Below are positions 49,001 to 61,000 of a DNA stretch of 64,000 nucleotides, piece by piece (the stretch's first letter is position 1; each line of letters opens with the position of its first letter). Position numbers and translations under genes: made by a program. The stretch spans positions 4,340,001-4,404,000 of the forward strand of contig OZ024742.1 in assembly GCA_964016885.1 (NCBI GenBank). The letters are read 5' to 3'. Under the pieces are notes generated by a model. It did not search any database and was not told where the DNA came from. It saw only the letters and a list, made by a program, of their open reading frames with translations. The stretch comes from Eledone cirrhosa (taxonomy: Eukaryota).

Positions 49001-52000
49001 TTGTCACTGTTGGTCAGAGAATGGGATTGGTCCAGTGTAAGGCCTTTCTTGTCAATGTTGGTCAGAGAATGGGATTGGTCCAGTGTAAGGCCTTTCTTGT
49101 CACTGTTGGTCAGAGAATGGGATTGGAGCATATTAAGGCATTGTCACTGTTGGTCATAGTGGGATTTGTCCAATGTAAGGCCTTGTCACAGTTGGTCAGA
49201 GAATGGGATTGGTACACTGTTAAGTCCTTCTCATTGTTGGTCAGAGAGATGGATTGGTCCAGTGTAAGACCTTTCTTGTCACTGTTGGTCAGAGAATGGT
49301 ATTGGTCCAGTGGAAGGCCTTTCTTGTCACTGTTGGTAAGAATGTGGATTGATCCAGTGTAAGGCCTTTCTTGTCACTGTTGGTCAGAGAGTAAGATTGG
49401 TCCATTGTAAGGACTTTCTTATCACTGTTGGTCAGGGAATCTGATTGGTCCAGTGTAAGGCCTTTCTTGTCACTTTGGTCAGAGAGTGGTATTGGTCCAG
49501 TATAAGTCCTTTCTGTCACTGTTTGTCAGATAGTGGGATTGATCCAGTCTAAGGCCTTTCTTGTCACTGTTGATCAAAGAGTGGGATTGGTTCAGTTTCA
49601 AGCCTTTCTTGTCACTGTTGCTCAGAGAATGGGATTGGTCCAGTGTAAGGCCTTTCATGTTACTGTTGGTCAGAATATGGGAATGGTCCAGTATAAGGCA
49701 TCGTCACTGTTGGTCAGAGAGTGGGATTGGTCCAGTGTAAGGCCTTTCTTGTCATTGTTGGTCAGAGAGTGGGATTGGTCCAGTGTAAGGCATTTCTTGT
49801 CACTGTTGGTCAGAGAGTGGGATTAGTCTTGTGTAACGCCTTGTCACTGTTGGTCAGAGAGTGGGATTGGTCCAGTGTAAGGCCTTGCTTGTCACTGTTG
49901 GTCAGAGAATGGGATTGGTCCAGTATAAGGCCTTTCTTATCACAGTTGGTCAGAGAGTGGGATTGGTCCAGTGTAAGGCTTTTCTTGTCACTGTTGGTCA
50001 GAGAGTGGAATTGGTCCAGTGTAAGGCCTTTCTTGTCACTGTTGGTCAGAGAGTGGGATAGGTCCATCTTAAGGCCTTTCTTGTTACTGTTGGTGAGAGA
50101 GTGGGATTGGTCCAGTGTAAGGCCTTTCTTGTCACTGTTGGTCACAGAGTGGGATTGGTCCAGTGTATGGCCTTTCTTGTTACTGTTGGTCAGACAGTAA
50201 GATGGGTCCAGTGTAAGGCCTTTCTTGTCACTGTTGGTCAGAGAATGTAATTGGTCCAGTGTAAGGCCTTTCTTGTCACTGTTGGTCAGAGAGTAAGATT
50301 GGTCCATTGTAAGGACTTTCTTTTCACAGTTGGTCAGGGAATCTGATTGGTCCAGTGTAAGGCCTTTCTTGTCACTTTGGTCAGAGAGTGGTATTGGTCC
50401 AGTATAAGTCCTTTCTTGTCACTGTTGGTCAGATAGTGGGATTGATCCAGTCTAAGGCCTTTCTTGTCACTGTTGATCAAAGAGTGGGATTGGTTCAGTT
50501 TCAAGCCTTTCTTGTCACTGTTGGTCAGAGAATTGGATTGGTCCAGTGTAAGGCCTTTCCTGTCACTGTTGGTCAGAGAATGAGATTGGTCCAGCGTTAA
50601 GGCCTTGTCACTGTTGATCAGATAAGTGGGATTGGTCCAGTGTAAGGCCTTGTTACTGTTGGTCAGAGAGTGGGATTTGTACTGTGTAAAACCTTTCTTT
50701 TTACTGTTGGTCAGATAATGGAATTGTTCCAGTGTAAAGCCTTGTCATTGTTGGTCAGAGAATGGGATTGGTCCAGTGTAAGGTCTTGTCACTATTGTTC
50801 AGGGTGGGATTGGTCCAGTTTAAAGCCTTGTCACTGTTGGTCAGAGAGTGGGATTGGTCCAGTGTAAGGCCTTTTCACTGTTGGTCACATAGTGGGGTTT
50901 GTCCAGTTAAAGACCTTTCTTGTCACTGTTGGTCAGAGAGTGGGATTGGTCCAGTGTAAGGCCTTGTTCATGTTGGTCACAGATTGGGATTGGTCCAGTG
51001 TAAGGCCTTTCTTGTTACTGTTGGTCAGAATATGGGAATGGTCTAGTATAAGGCATCGTCACTGTTGGTCAGAGAGTGGGATTGGTCCAGTGTAAGTACT
51101 TTCTTGTCACTGTTGGTCAGAGAGTGGGATTGGTCCAATGTAAGGCCTTTCTTATCAGTGTTGGTCAGAGAGTGGGATTGGTCCAGTATAAGGCCCTGTC
51201 ACTGTTGGTCAGAGAGTGTGATTGGTCCAGTGTAAGGCCTTTCTTGTCACTGTTGATCAGAGAATGGGATTGGTTCAGTGTAAGGCCTTTCTTATCACTG
51301 TTGGTCATAGAATGGGATTGGTCCGATGTAAGGCCTTTCTTGTCACTGTTGGTCAGAATGTGGGATTGGTCCAGTGTAAGGCCTTTCTTGTCACTGTTGG
51401 TCAGAGAGTGGGATTGGTCCAGTGTAAGGCCTTTCTTGTCACTGTTGGTCAGAGAATGGGATTGGTCCAGTGTAAGGTCTTTCCTGTCACTGTTGGTCAG
51501 AGAATGAGATTGGTGCAGATTTAAGGCCTTGTCACTGTTGATCAGATAAGTGGGATTGGTCCAGTGTAAGGCCTTGTTACTGTTGGTCAGAGAGTGGGAT
51601 TTGTCCTGTGTAAAACCTTTCTTTTTACTGTTGGTCAGATAATGGAATTGTTCCAGTGTAAGGCCTTGTCATTGTTGGTCAGATAGTCGGATTGGTCAGT
51701 GTAAGGCCTTTCTTGTCACTGTTGGTAAAAGAATCGTATTAGTCCAGTGTAAGGCTTTGTCACTGATGGTCATAGTGGGATTGTTCCAGTGTAAGGCCAT
51801 TCTTGTCACTGTTGGTCAGAGAGTAAGATTGGTCCAGTGTAAGTCCTTTCTTGTCACTGTTGGTCAGAGAGTGGGATTGGTCCAGTGTAAGGCCGTTCTT
51901 GTCACTGTCGGTTAGAGAGTGGGATTGGTCCAGTGTAAGGCCTTTCTTGTCACTGTTGGTCAGAGAATGGGATTGGTCCAGTGTAAAGCCTATCTTGTCA

Positions 52001-55000
52001 CTGTTGGTCAGAGAGTGGGACTGGTCCAGTGTATGGCCTTTCTTGTTACTGTTGGTCAGAGCATGGGAATGGTCCAGTGTAAGTCCTTGCTTGTCACTGT
52101 TGGTCAGAGAGAGGGATTGGTCCAGTGTAAGGCTTTTCTTGTCACTGTTGGTCGGAGAGTGGGATTGGTCCAGTGTAAGGCCTTGTCACTGTTGGTCAGA
52201 GAGTGGGATTGGTCCAGTGTAAGTCCATGCTTGTCACTGTTGGTCAGAGAGTGGGATTGGTCCAGTGTAAGGCTTTTCTTGTCACTGTTGGTCAGAGAGT
52301 GGGATTGGTCCAATGTAAGGCCTTGTCACTGTTGGTCAGAGTGGGATTGGTCCATTGTAAGGCCTTTCTTGTCACTGTTGGTCAGAGAATGGGATTGGTC
52401 CCGTGTAAAGACTATCTTGTCACTGTTGGTCAGAGAGTGGGATTGGTCCATGGTAAGGCCTTTCTTGTCACTGTTGGTCAGAGAGTGGGATTGGTCCAGT
52501 GTAAGACCTTTCTTGTCACTGTTGGTCAGAGAGTGTGATTGGTCCAGTATAAGGCCTTTCTTGTCACTTTTGGTAAGAAAGTGGATTGGTTCAGTGTAAG
52601 GCCTTTCTTGTCACTGTTGGTCAGAGTGAGGGATTGGTCCAGTGTAAGGCCTTTCTTGTCACTGTTGGTCAGAGAGTGGGACTGGTCCAGTGTATGGCCT
52701 TTCTTGTTACTGTTGGTCAGAGAATGGGAATGGTCCAGTGTAAGGCATTGTCACTGTTGGTCAGAGAGTGGGATTGGTCCAGTGTAAGGCCTTTCTTGTC
52801 ACTCTTGGTCAGAGAGTGGAATTGGTCCAGTGTAAGGCCTTTCTTGTCACTGTTGGTCAGAGAGTGGGATTGGTCCAGTGTAAGGCCTTTCTTGTCACTG
52901 TTGGTCAGAGATTGGGATTGGTCCAGTAGAAGGCCTTTCTTGTCACTTTTCGTAAGAAAGTGGATTGGTCCAGTGTAAGGCCTTTCTTGTCACTGTTGGT
53001 CAGAGTGTGGGATTGGTCCAGTTTAAAGCCTTTCTTGTCACTCTTGGTCAGAGAGTGGAATTGGTCCAGTGTAAGGCCTTTCTTGTCACTGTTGGTCAGA
53101 GAGTGGGATTGGTCCAGTGTAAGGCCTTTCTTGTCACTGTTGGTCAGAGATTGGGATTGGTCCAGTATAAGGCCTTTCTTGTCACTTTTGGTAAGAAAGT
53201 GGATTGGTTCAGTGTAAGGCCTTTCTTGTCACTGTTGGTCAGAGTGTGGGATTGGTCCAGTGTAAGGCCTTTCTTGTCACTGTTGGTCAGAGAGTGGGAC
53301 TGGTCCAGTGTATGGCCTTTCTTGTTACTGTTGGTCAGAGAATGGGAATGGTCCAGTGTCCTTGCTTGTCACTGTTGGTCAGAGAGAGGGATTGCTCCAG
53401 TGTAAGGCTTTTCTTGTCACTGTTGGTTAGAGAGTGGGATTGGTCCAGTGTAAGGCCTTGTCACTGTTGGTCAGAGAGTGGGATTGGTCCAGTGTAAGGC
53501 TTTTCTTGTCACTGTTGGTCAGAGAGTGGGATTGGTCCAGTGTAAGGCCTTGTCACTGTTGGTCAGAGTGGGATATGTCCAGTGTAAGGCCTTTCTTGTC
53601 ACTGTTTGTCAGAGAATGGGATTGGTCCATTGTAAGTCCTTTCTTGTCACTGTTGGTCAGAGAATCGGATTGGTCCAGTGTAAGACCTTTCTTGTCACTG
53701 TTGGTCAGAGAGTGGGAGTGGTCCAGTGTATGGACTTTCTTGTTACTGTTGGTCAGAGAATGGGAATGGTCCAGTGTAAGGCATTGTCACTGTTGGTCAG
53801 AGAGTGGGATTGGTCCAGTGTAAGGCCTTTCTTGTCACTGTTGGTCAGAGTGTGGGATTGGTCCAGTGTAAGGCCTTTCTTGACACTGTTGGTCAGAGAA
53901 TGTAATTGGTCCAGTGTAAGGACTTTCTTGTCACCTTTGGTAAGAAAGTGGATTGGTCCAGTGTAAGGCCTTTCTTGTCACTTTGGTCAGAGAGTGGTAT
54001 TGGTCCAGTTTAAGGCCTTTCATATGACTGTTGGTCAGAGATTGGGACTGGTCCAGTGTAAGGCCTTGTAACTGTTGGTCAGATAGTGTAATTGGTCCAG
54101 TGTAAGGCCTTTCTTGTCACTGTTGGTCAGAGAATGAGATTGGGCCAGTGTTAAGGCCTTGTCACTGTTGATCAGATAAGTGGGATTGGTCCAGTGTAAG
54201 GCCTTGTTACTGTTGGTCAGATAATGGGATTGGTCCAGCGTAAGGCCTTTCTTGTCACTGTTGGTCAGAGAATGGGATTGGTCCAGTGTAAGGCCTATCT
54301 TGTCACTGTTGGTCAGAGAATGGGATTGGTCCAGTGTAAGGCCTTTCTTGTCACTGTTGGTCAGAGAATGGGATTGCTCCAGTATAAGGCCTTTCTTGTA
54401 ACTTTTCGTAAGAAAGTGGATTGGTTCAGTGTAAGGCCTTTCTTGTCACTGTTGGTCAGAGTGTGGGATTGGTCCAGTGTAAGGCCTTTCTTGTCACTGT
54501 TGGTCAGAGAGTGGGACTGGTCCAGTGTATGGCCTTTCTTGTTACTGTTGGTCAGAGAATGGGAATGGTCCAGTGTAAGTCCTTGCTTGTCACTGTTGGT
54601 CAGAGAGAGGGATTGGTCCAGTGTAAGGCTTTTCTTGTCACTGTTGGTCAGAGAGTGGGATTGGTCCAGTGTAAGGCCTTGTCACTGTTGGTCAGAGAGT
54701 GGGATTGGTCCAGTGTAAGTCCATGCTTGTCACTGTTGGTCAGAGAGTGCGATTGGTCCAGTGTAAGGCTTTTCTTGTCACTGTTGGTCAGATAGTGGGA
54801 TTGGTCCAGTATAAGGCCTTGTCACTGTTGGTCAGAGTGGGATTGGTCCAGTGTAAGGCCTTTCTTGTCACTGTTGGTCAGAGAGTGGGATTGGTCCATT
54901 GTAAGGCCTTTCTTGTCACTGTTGGTCAGAGAATGGGATTGGTCCAGTGTAAGACCTTTCTTGTCACTGTTGGTCAGAGAGTGGGAGTGGTCCAGTGTAT

Positions 55001-58000
55001 GGACTTTCTTGTTACTGTTGGTCAGAGAATGGGAATGGTCCAGTGTAAGGCATTGTCACTGTTGGTCAGATAGTGGGATTGCTCCAGTGTAAGGCCTTTC
55101 TTGTCACTGTTGGGCAGAGTGTGGCATTGGTCCAGTGTAAGGCCTTTCTTGTCACTGTTGGTCAGAGAATGTAATTGGTCCAGTGTAAGGACTTTCTTGT
55201 CACTTTTGGTAAGAAAGTGGATTGGTCCAGTGTAAGGCCTTTCTTGTCACTTTGGTCAGAGAGTGGTATTGGTCCAGTTTAAGGCCTTTCATATGACTGT
55301 TGGTCAGAGATTGGGACTGGTCCAGTGTAAGGCCTTGTAACTGTTGGTCAGATAGTGTAATTGGTCCAGTGTAAGGCCTTTCTTGTCACTGATGCTCAGA
55401 GAATGAGATTGGGCCAGTCTTAAGGCCTTGTTACAGTTGGTCAGATAATGGGATTGGTCAAGCGTAAGGCCTTTCTTGTCACTGTTGGTCAGAGAATGGG
55501 ATTGGTCCAGTGTAAGGCCTATCTTGTCACTGTTGGTCAGAGAATGGGATTGGTCCAGTGTAAGGCCTTTCTTGTCACTGTTGGTCAGAGAATGGGATTG
55601 GAGCATATTAAGGCATTGTCACTGTTGGTCATAGTGTGATTGGTCCAATGTAAGGCCTTGTCACATTTGGTCAGAGAATGGGATTGGTTCACTGTTATGT
55701 CCTTCTCATTGTTGGTCAGAGAGTTGGATTGGTCCAGTGTAAGACCTTTCTTGTCACTGTTGGTCAGAGAATGGTATTTGTCCAGTGTAAGGCCTTTCTT
55801 GTCACTTTTGGTATGACAGTGGATTGGTCCAGTGTAAGGCCTTTCTTGTCACTGTTGGTCCGAGAGTAGGATTGGTCCATTGTAAGGCCTTTCTTATCAC
55901 TGTTGGTCAGAGAATCTGATTGGTCCAGTGTAAGGCCTTTCTTGTCACTTTGGTCAGAGAGTGGTATTGGTCCAGTATAAGTCCTTTCTTGTCACTGTTG
56001 GTCAGAGAATGGGACTGGTCCAGTGTAAGGCCTTGTCACTGTTGGTCAGATAGTGGGATTGGTCCAGTCTAAGGCCTTTCTTGTCACTGTTGATCAAAGA
56101 TTGGGATTGGTTCATTTCAGGCCTTTCCTGTCACTGTTGGTCAAAGAATGGGATTGGTCCAGTGTAAGGCCTTTCCTGTCACTGTTGGTCAGAGAATGAG
56201 ATTGGTTCAGTGTTAAGGCCTTGTCACTGTTGATCAGATAAGTGGGATTGGTCCTGTGTAAGGCCTTGTTACTGTTGATCAGAGAGTGGGATTTGTCCTG
56301 TGTAAAACCTTTCTTTTTACCATTGGTCAGATAATGGAATTGGTCCAGTGTAAGGCCTTGTCATTGTTGGTTAGAGAGTCGGATTGGTCAGTGTAAGGCC
56401 TTGTCACTGTTGATCAAAGATTGGGATTGGTTCATTTCAGGCCTTTCTTGTCACTGTTGGTCAAAGAATGGGATTGGTCCAGTGTAAGGCCTTTCTTGTC
56501 ACTGTTGGTAAGAGAATCGGATTTGCCCTGTGTAAGGCCTTGTCACTGTTGGTCATAGTGGGATTGGTCCAGTGTAAGGCCTTTCTTGTCACTGTTGGTC
56601 AGAGAATGGTATTGGTCCAGTGTAAGGCCTTTCTTGTCAATTTTGGTCATAGAATGGGATTGGTCCAGTGAAAGTCCTTTCTTGTCACTGTTGGTCAGAG
56701 ATTGGGATTGGTCCAGTGTAAGGCCTTTCTTGTCACTGTTGGTCAGAGAGTGGGATTGGTCCAGTGTAAGGCCTTGTTACTGTTGGTCAGAGAGTGGGAT
56801 TTGTCCTGTGTAAAACCTTTCTTTTTACTGTTGCTCAGATAATGGAATTGGTCCAGTGTAAGGCCTTGTCATTGTTGGTCAGAGAGTCGGATTGGTCAGT
56901 GTAAGGCCTTTCTTGTTGGTCAGAGAGTTGAATTGGGCCAGTGTAAGGCCTTTCTTGTCACTGTTGGTAAGAGAATCGTATTGGTCCAGTGTAAGGCTTT
57001 GTCAATGTTGGTCATAGTGGGATTGGTCCAGTGTAAGGCCTTTCTTGTCACTGTTGGTCAGAGAGTAAGATTGGTCCAGTGTAAGTCCTTTCTTGTCACT
57101 GTTGGTCAGATAATGGAATTGGTCCAGTGTAAAGTCTATCTTGTCACTGTTGGTCAGAGAGTGGGACTGGTCCAGTGTATGGCCTTTCTTGTTACTGTTG
57201 GTCAGAGAATGGGAATGGTCCAGTGTAAGTCCTTGCTTGTCACTGTTGGTCAGACAGTGGGATTGGTCCAGTGTAAGGCCTTTCTTGTCACTGTTGGTCA
57301 GAGTGTGGGATTGGTCCAGTGTAAGGCCTTTCTTGTCACTGTTGGTCAGAGAATGTAATTGGTCCAGTGTAAGGACTTTCTTGTCACTTTTGGTAAGAAA
57401 GTGGATTGGTCCAGTGTAAGGCCTTTCTTGTCACTTTCGTCAGAGAGTGGTATTGGTCCAGTGTAAGGCCTTTCATATGACTGTTGGTCAGAGATTGGGA
57501 CTGGTCCAGTGTAAGGCCTTGTAACTGTTGGTCAGATAGTGTAATTGGTCCAGTGTAAGGCCTTTCTTGTCACTGTTGGTCAGAGAATGAGATTGGGCCA
57601 GTGTTAAGTCCTTGTCACTGTTGATTAGATAAGTGGGATTGGTCCAGTGTAAGGCCTTGTTACTGTTGGTTAGAGAGTGGGATGTATCCTGCGTAAGACC
57701 TTTCTTGCTACTGTTGGTCTGATAATGGGATTGGTCCAGTGTAAGGCCTTTCTTGTCACTGTTGGTCAGAGAATGGGATTGGTCCAGTGTAAGGCCTATC
57801 TTGTCACTGTTGGTCAGAGAATGGGATTGGAGCATATTAAGACATTGTCACAGTTGGTCATAGTGTGATTGGTCCAATGTAAGGCCTTGTCACATTTGGT
57901 CAGAGAATGGGATTGGTTCACTGTTATGTCCTTCTCATTGTTGGTCAGAGAGTTGGATTGGTCCAGTGTAAGACCTTTCTTGTCACTGTTGGTCAGAGGA

Positions 58001-61000
58001 TGGTATTGGTCCAGTGTAAGGCCTTTCTTGTCACTGTTGGTATGACAGTGGATTGGTCCAGTGTAAGGCCTTTCTTGTCACTGTTGGTCAGAGAGTAGGA
58101 TTGGTCCATTGTAAGGCCTTTCTTATCACTGTTGGTCAGAGAATCTGATTGGTCCAGTGTAAGGCCTTTCTTGTCACTTTGGTCAGAGAGTGGTATTGGT
58201 CCAGTATAAGTCCTTTCTTGTCACTGTTGGTCAGAGAATGGGACTGGTCCAGTGTAAGGCCTTGTCACTGTTGGTCAGATAGTGGGATTGGTCCAGTCTA
58301 AGGCCTTTCTTGTCACTGTTGATCAAAGATTGGGATTGGTTCAGTTTCAGGCCTTTCTTGTCACTGTTGGCCAAAGAATGGGATTGGTGCAGTGTAAGGC
58401 CTTTCCTGTCACTGTTGGTCAGAGAATGAGATTGGTTCAGTGTTAAGGCCTTGTCACTGTTGATCAGATAAGTGGGATTGGTCCTGTGTAAGGCCTTGTT
58501 ACTGTTGATCAGAGAGTGGGATTTGTCCTGTGTAAAACCTTTCTTGTTACTGTTGGTCAGATAATGGGATTGGTCCAGTGTAAGGCCTTTCTTGTCACTG
58601 TTGGTCAGAGAATGGGATTGGTCCAGTGTAAGGCCTTTCTTGTCACTGTTGGTCAGAGAATGGGATTGGAGCATATTAAGGCCTTGTCACTGTTGGTAAG
58701 AGAATCGGATTTGCCCAGGTTAAGGCCTTGTCACTGTTGGTCATAGTGGGATTGGTCCAATGTAAGGCCTTTCTTGTCAATGTTGGTCAGAGAATGGTAT
58801 TGGTCCAGTGTAAGGCCTTTCTACAATTTTGGTCATAGAATGGGATTGATCCTGTGTAAGGCCCTTCTTGTCACTGTTGGTCAGAAAGTGGGATTGGTCC
58901 AGTGTAAGGCCTTTCTTGTCACTGTTGGTCAGAGAGTGGGATTGGTCCAGTGAAAGTCCTTTCTTGTCACTGTTGGTCAGAGATTGGGATTGGTCCAGTG
59001 TAAGGCCTTTCGTGTCTCTGTTGGTCAGAGAGTGGGATTGGTCCAGTGTAAGGCCTTGTTACTGTTGGTCAGAGAGTGGGATTTGTCCTGTGTAAAACCT
59101 TTCTTTTTACTGTTGGTCAGATAATGGAATTGGTCCAGTGTAAGGCCTTGTCATTGTTGGTCAGAGAGTCGGATTGGTCAGTGTAAGGCCTTTCTTGTTG
59201 GTCAGAGAGTTGAATTGGGCCAGTGTAAGACCTTTCTTGTCACAGTTGGTAAGAGAATCGTATTGGTCCAGTGTAAGGCTTTGTCAATGTTGGTCATAGT
59301 GGGATTGGTCCAGTGTAAGGCCTTTCTTGTCACTGTTGGTCAGAGAGTAAGATTGGTCCAGTGTAAGTCCTTTCTTGTCACTGTTGGACAGAGAATGGGA
59401 TTGGTCCAGTGTAAGGCCGTTCTTGTCACTGTCGGTTAGAGAGTGGGATTGGTCCAGTGTAAGGCCTTTCTTGTCACTGTTTGTCAGATAATGGAATTGG
59501 TCCAGTGTAAAGTCTATCTTGTCACTGTTGGTCAGAGAGTGGGACTGGTCCAGTGTATGGCCTTTTTGTTACTGTTGGTGAGAGAATGGGAATGGTCCAG
59601 TGTAAGTCCTTGCTTGTCACTGTTGGTCAGAGAGTGGTATTGGTCCAGTGTAAGGCTTTTCTTGTCACTGTTGGTCAGAGAGTGGGATTGGTCCAGTGTA
59701 AGGCCTTGTCACTGTTGGACAGAGAGTGGGATTGGTCCAGTGTAAGTCCTTGCTTGTCACTGTTGGTCAGAGAGTGGGATTGGTCCAGTGTAAGGCTTTT
59801 CTTGTCACTGTTGGTCAGAGAGTGGGAGTGGTCCACTGTATGGTCTTTCTTGTTACTGTTGGTCAGAGAATGGGAATGGTCCAGTGTAAGTCATTGTCAC
59901 TGTTGGTCAGAGAGTGGGATTGGTCCAGTGTAAGGCCTTTCTTGTCACTCTTGGTCAGAGAGTGGAATTGGTCCAGTGTAAGGCCTTTCTTGTCACTGTT
60001 GGTCAGAGAGTGGGATTGGTCCAGTGTAAGGCCTTATCACTGTTGGTCAGAGAGAGGGATTGGTCCAGTGTAACTCCTTGCTTGTCAATGCTGGTCAGAA
60101 AGTGGGATTGGTCCAGTGTAAGGCCTTTCATGTCACTGTTGGTCAGACAGTGTGATTGGTCCAGTGTAAGGCCTTTCTTGTCACTGTTGGTCAGAGTGTG
60201 CGATTGGTCCAGTGTAAGGCCTTTCTTGTCACTGTTGGTCAGAGAGTGGGACTGGTCCAGTGTATGCCTTTCTTGTTACTGTTGGTCAGAGAATGGGAAT
60301 GGTCCAGTGTAAGTCCATGCTTGTCACTGTTGGTCAGAGAGAGGGATTGGTCCAGTGTAAGGCTTTTTTGTCACTGTTGGTTAGAGAGTGGGATTGGTCC
60401 ATTGTAAGGCCTTGTCACTGTTGGTCAGAGTGGGATTGGTCCAGTGTAAGGCCTTTCATGTCACTGTTGGTCAGAGAGTGGGATTGGTCCATTGTAAGGC
60501 CTTTCTTGTCACTGTTGGTCAGAGAATGGGATTGGTCCAGTGTAAGACCTTTCTTGTCACTGTTGGTCAGAGAGTGGGACTGGTCCAGTGTATGGTCTTT
60601 CTTGTTACTGTTGGTCAGAGAATGGGAATGGTCCAGTGTAAGGCATTTTCACTGTTGGTCAGAGAGTGGGTTTGGTCCAGTGTAAGGCCTTTCTTGTCAC
60701 GCTTGGTCAGAGAGTGGAATTGGTCCAGTGTAAGGCCTTTCTTGTCACTGTTGGTCAGAGAGTGGGATTGGTCCAGTGTAAGGCCTTTCTTGTCACTTTT
60801 GGTAAGAAAGTGGATTGGGCCAGTGTAAGGCCTTTCTTGTCTCTTTGGTCAGAGAGTGGGATTGCTCCAGTGTAAGGCCTTATCACTGTTGGTCAGAGAG
60901 TGGGATTGGTCCAGTGTAAGTCCTTGCTTGTCAATGCTGGTCAGAAAGTGGGATTGGTCCAGTGTAAGGCCTTTCATGTCACTGTTGGTCAGACAGTGTG